Source of the DNA: an archaeon
Lineage (GTDB): Archaea > EX4484-52 > B79-G9
Direction of reading: 5' to 3'
DNA: 33,438 nucleotides
Assembly: GCA_013139905.1 (NCBI GenBank)
Contig: WSZW01000008.1
Location: 1 to 33,438, forward strand
The position numbers and the translations under genes are program-made. The notes below the pieces were generated by a model. It was not told the DNA's origin and made no database searches. It was given only the letters and a program-made list of their open reading frames with translations. Numbering within the stretch: the first letter of the stretch is position 1; every line of letters starts with the position of its first letter. This document shows positions 31,216 to 33,438 of the stretch, in pieces.

Positions 31216-31548
31216 TCACATTAATCCCGTGTGTTGAAACATATTTTGTCCGGTGAATATTGAACATATGTTGCTTACAGTAGCAGTAATTCCATAACCG
31301 ATAACTACAATTTTAATAATGTTCCACGCAAAGTTATAATTGGTGATTAGTTTTGTCCTGCAATACCAAGCCCATAATATGAACAGCAATTTTACAATGA
31401 AAAGTAAGTATATGCCATTCTCGAAGTTTAGGATCAAGGCAGGAACTGTACTCGATTCATAACCTCCAGATTGTATGGCATAATATGTGGTTGTAGTATC
31501 ACCAACCACATAAAACAGAAACATAAAAAAAATATCTTTTGTAATCAT
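31216..31548 (-). CDS. Multi-helix membrane protein (110 aa)
   Basis: Four hydrophobic helices are present. It follows 31552..31692 with a 3-nt gap. Confidence 0.6.
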   Translation of the reverse strand: MITKDIFFMFLFYVVGDTTTTYYAIQSGGYESSTVPALILNFENGIYLLFIVKLLFILWAWYCRTKLITNYNFAWNIIKIVVIGYGITATVSNICSIFTGQNMFQHTGLM

Positions 31549-31551
31549 AGA

Positions 31552-31692
31552 TTAAAAAAGCCCATAAAACCTAAAAATTAAATATGTGATGCCACAACCA
31601 AATAGAACCGCCCATGCACCACATTCATATTCGTTCATATAAAACTTATGATTTTTTGATACACCATATAACGTGTCTGTTTTTCGCATCAT
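31552..31692 (-). CDS. 46-aa mini-protein with C-terminal TM helix
   Basis: ORF read by eye (MMRKTDTLYGVSKNHKFYMNEYECGAWAVLFGCGITYLIFRFYGLF). Confidence 0.35.
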   Translation of the reverse strand: MMRKTDTLYGVSKNHKFYMNEYECGAWAVLFGCGITYLIFRFYGLF

Positions 31693-31755
31693 CTCTTCGC
31701 CTTAACGATCTGTTCCTTTTACCGATTGTTCCAAATGCCATGTAATATCACCGAC

Positions 31756-31968
31756 TCATACATATGTATCAAAACAGACGCCTTTGGTTTTGTTTTTAGG
31801 TACAATACCAATAATATCTCTGAGTTCAGCAATCTCTTTGTTTTCAATGGTTGTTTTTTTCCTTGAATATTTGAATGGCTCATTCAGTGTATTATCTATA
31901 CGAGCAATCAAGTCTTCGTAATACTCAATCCGTTCTTCAAGTGTATCCAGTCGTTCTAATATACTCAT
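31756..31968 (-). CDS. Small coiled-coil protein (70 aa)
   Basis: ATGA-type overlap with the upstream gene. Confidence 0.5.
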   Translation of the reverse strand: MSILERLDTLEERIEYYEDLIARIDNTLNEPFKYSRKKTTIENKEIAELRDIIGIVPKNKTKGVCFDTYV

Positions 31969-32156
31969 TTTATACCACCTGTGGTTTTCTTATATGGGCA
32001 TCCGTTGCAAGTATACGGCATAGTATTTAAGATTACATGTGATGCACCTGGCAAGGCACACACCCCGGCTGCAATATTCATAAACGAATATTCAAATACT
32101 TCATTACATCTCTGCTTTTTCCACCTGTTGAGCCAGTGGTTTTTATTGTCTGCCAT
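31965..32156 (-). CDS. Small Cys-rich protein (63 aa)
   Basis: RCNEV...CALPG...CNGCPYKK. Confidence 0.5.
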   Translation of the reverse strand: MADNKNHWLNRWKKQRCNEVFEYSFMNIAAGVCALPGASHVILNTMPYTCNGCPYKKTTGGIK

Positions 32157-32259
32157 TTCATGCCACCATGCCCATTACAGCACCAATAACCAACCATGTG
32201 CCCATACTAAACGAAACCCACACCGTTAACCCCTGCTGTGGTGTCATTCTTATATTCAT

Positions 32260-32382
32260 TTACATCCCCACCTCTAACAACACACCTTCAAGCTCATTCG
32301 GATCGTATGCATGTACGATTTTATCTATAAGTATTTCGGCCTGTTCAAACAGTTCTTCATTTGTCAGTTGTTTATAGTTCAT
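32260..32382 (-). CDS. 40-aa acidic mini-protein
   Basis: AAGGTGAAATGAA SD lies before the ATG. Translated codon by codon by eye (MNYKQLTNEELFEQAEILIDKIVHAYDPNELEGVLLEVGM). Confidence 0.4.
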   Translation of the reverse strand: MNYKQLTNEELFEQAEILIDKIVHAYDPNELEGVLLEVGM

Positions 32383-32509
32383 TTCATTTCACCTTTTTTT
32401 TACCAATTGTTGTCCAATTAGATTTACCCCGGTGACAGCCGGAGGATAAGAAACTGTCGTCGTGGGCTCTAAGGAATTAGTGGGGCTGTAGTAGCCCGGT
32501 TAATCGCGA

Positions 32510-32647
32510 TTACTCTTTGATTTGCACCTCGTTCTGGATGGTCATCTTTCTACATTCTTTACAAATCCATCTCTGGACTTTACCGGATGCTCTATAATCC
32601 CATCCAGCCTTTACCATCTTTTCGGATTGACAGTGTTTACATTTCAT
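32510..32647 (-). CDS. 45-aa zinc-ribbon protein resembling the N-terminal Zn-ribbon of IS1/IS1595-type transposases
   Basis: MKCKHCQSEKMVKAGWDYRASGKVQRWICKECRKM. A TATA lies about 28 nt upstream. Confidence 0.5.
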   Translation of the reverse strand: MKCKHCQSEKMVKAGWDYRASGKVQRWICKECRKMTIQNEVQIKE

Positions 32648-32670
32648 CAACTTATATAAGGTATGTAAGG

Positions 32671-32686
32671 TATATAATACTTTCGC
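32671..32686 (-). promoter_or_regulatory. BRE/TATA-like promoter for the minus-strand genes
   Basis: The minus strand reads GCGAAA-GTATTATATA, about 28 nt upstream of ATG 32647. Confidence 0.4.
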
Positions 32687-32740
32687 TTAAATCCAATACT
32701 ATAAAAAACTATTTATGATATTATCAACACATAATATACA

Positions 32741-33438
32741 ATGACAATTTTACGATACTTTTTATTTATAGCTGTATTATTATTTTTAGTTTTACCGGTG
32801 AGTGCATTTGAAGATACATTCCAGGATTATCCCAGTGGTGATTATTCAGATGAATGGTATACCGATGAATATGTAACTCCAGGACATGGATTAGATGTGT
32901 ATCATGATATATTCACAAATGGTGGAACATATTCACGTTGTTTTAGGATTGGAGTAGATAACGACCCGTGGAGTAGTTCAGAGTTTGTCCAGCTTTGGCA
33001 TTATACTCCTAGTGTTAGTAATTACTGGGCTGCAAATTTTAGATATTTACATACATATTCAAATGCTGCCGGTGATAAAGAACAACAGAAGCTAAATGTG
33101 TATTTTTATGATATAGATGGGTATCAGCTATTTTATCATAGTTTTATCACTAGTAACACAACGTTCCAATATGCTCCAAACTATGGATCGTCTGGTTTGT
33201 TTGAGTGGTTAAGAGATTCAGGTTCTAACCAAGTTACTTTAAGGGTGAATGGTGTAGATCAAGGCGTAGTTGGTTCTGCATCAAAACAAATGGCATATAT
33301 TTCATTTCGGATAGATCATGGATATGTAGCCACCGGTGATGATCAAACATCGTGGATGTATATTGATGACGTAACATCTGGTGGTAATATAGTTGGTATA
33401 GGAACAGAATCAACAACACATACAGTAACAGAGGCGTT
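32741..33438 (+). CDS. Secreted protein, 3'-truncated at window edge
   Basis: Not in the ORF track because it has no stop. ATG 32741, signal peptide MTILRYFLFIAVLLFLVLPVSA, and the frame stays open to the last base. Confidence 0.65.
   Translation, partial: MTILRYFLFIAVLLFLVLPVSAFEDTFQDYPSGDYSDEWYTDEYVTPGHGLDVYHDIFTNGGTYSRCFRIGVDNDPWSSSEFVQLWHYTPSVSNYWAANFRYLHTYSNAAGDKEQQKLNVYFYDIDGYQLFYHSFITSNTTFQYAPNYGSSGLFEWLRDSGSNQVTLRVNGVDQGVVGSASKQMAYISFRIDHGYVATGDDQTSWMYIDDVTSGGNIVGIGTESTTHTVTEA

Noticed and set aside
31212-31219. Lone ATAGTCAC, the arm-B/core junction motif, near the end of the + strand gene block, as a possible att site
   Set aside because: An 8-mer is expected about once by chance in this window on two strands, and no flanking arm similarity is present.
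32157-32259. Possible 33-aa minus-strand ORF between 31965..32156 and 32260..32382
   Set aside because: Re-translation codon by codon showed my first reading contained a frame error. From the ATG at 32257-32259 the frame stops after 17 codons.
2630-32510. Direct repeats marking provirus ends, or a tRNA integration target (for example GTAGTAG..CCGG shared by 2636-2655 and 32487-32500)
   Set aside because: The match is short and gapped. I found no tRNA-like cloverleaf (no GTTCRAAYC T-arm) anywhere in the window, so the integration status and borders remain open.
1-33438. The window as a complete circular genome, with the last ORF continuing into the first
   Set aside because: Joining the end to the start puts the 32741.. 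frame into ...GCG TTC AGG CAG TGA. That is a different frame from the ORF open at nt 1, so the two partial ORFs are not one gene split by circular permutation.

Overview
The window is AT-rich and looks archaeal. BRE/TATA boxes sit about 25-29 nt upstream of several start codons, which suggests leaderless transcripts. Other genes are preceded by GGTGA/GGAGG Shine-Dalgarno sites, and the surface proteins are rich in N-x-S/T sequons. It appears to be a virus, provirus or plasmid-like mobile element whose boundaries I could not define.

Modules, left to right:
- 1-2543: secreted and membrane glycoproteins.
- 2804-3409: a small serine recombinase of the resolvase/invertase family.
- 3572-11938: an 8.4-kb array of tiny + strand genes, punctuated by 16 co-oriented copies of a structured 57-121 nt repeat (R1-R16).
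- 11983-15487: a replication module with an AbrB-like regulator, an SF3 (DUF927/D5-like) helicase and an iteron-rich putative origin.
- 15741-24124: an FkbM-type methyltransferase, a 1640-aa DUF2341/beta-helix glycoprotein, and three small two-helix membrane proteins resembling capsid proteins of spindle-shaped or pleomorphic archaeal viruses.
- 24299-31161: an operon with a P-loop NTPase and a 702-aa lysine-rich protein.
- 31216-32647: a short minus-strand gene set.

The standout is the repeat array. Hairpins in the repeats are maintained by compensatory changes. The repeats have two alternative, mutually complementary end types, arranged in strict attL/attR-like pairs around four cassettes. 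Their 5' arms supply stop codons and their 3' arms supply start codons. This fits either an integron-like cassette-exchange system using a serine recombinase or a new RNA punctuation/processing element.

One cassette encodes a stand-alone NrdD-type glycyl-radical domain. All family assignments come from motif recognition by eye; no database search was possible.
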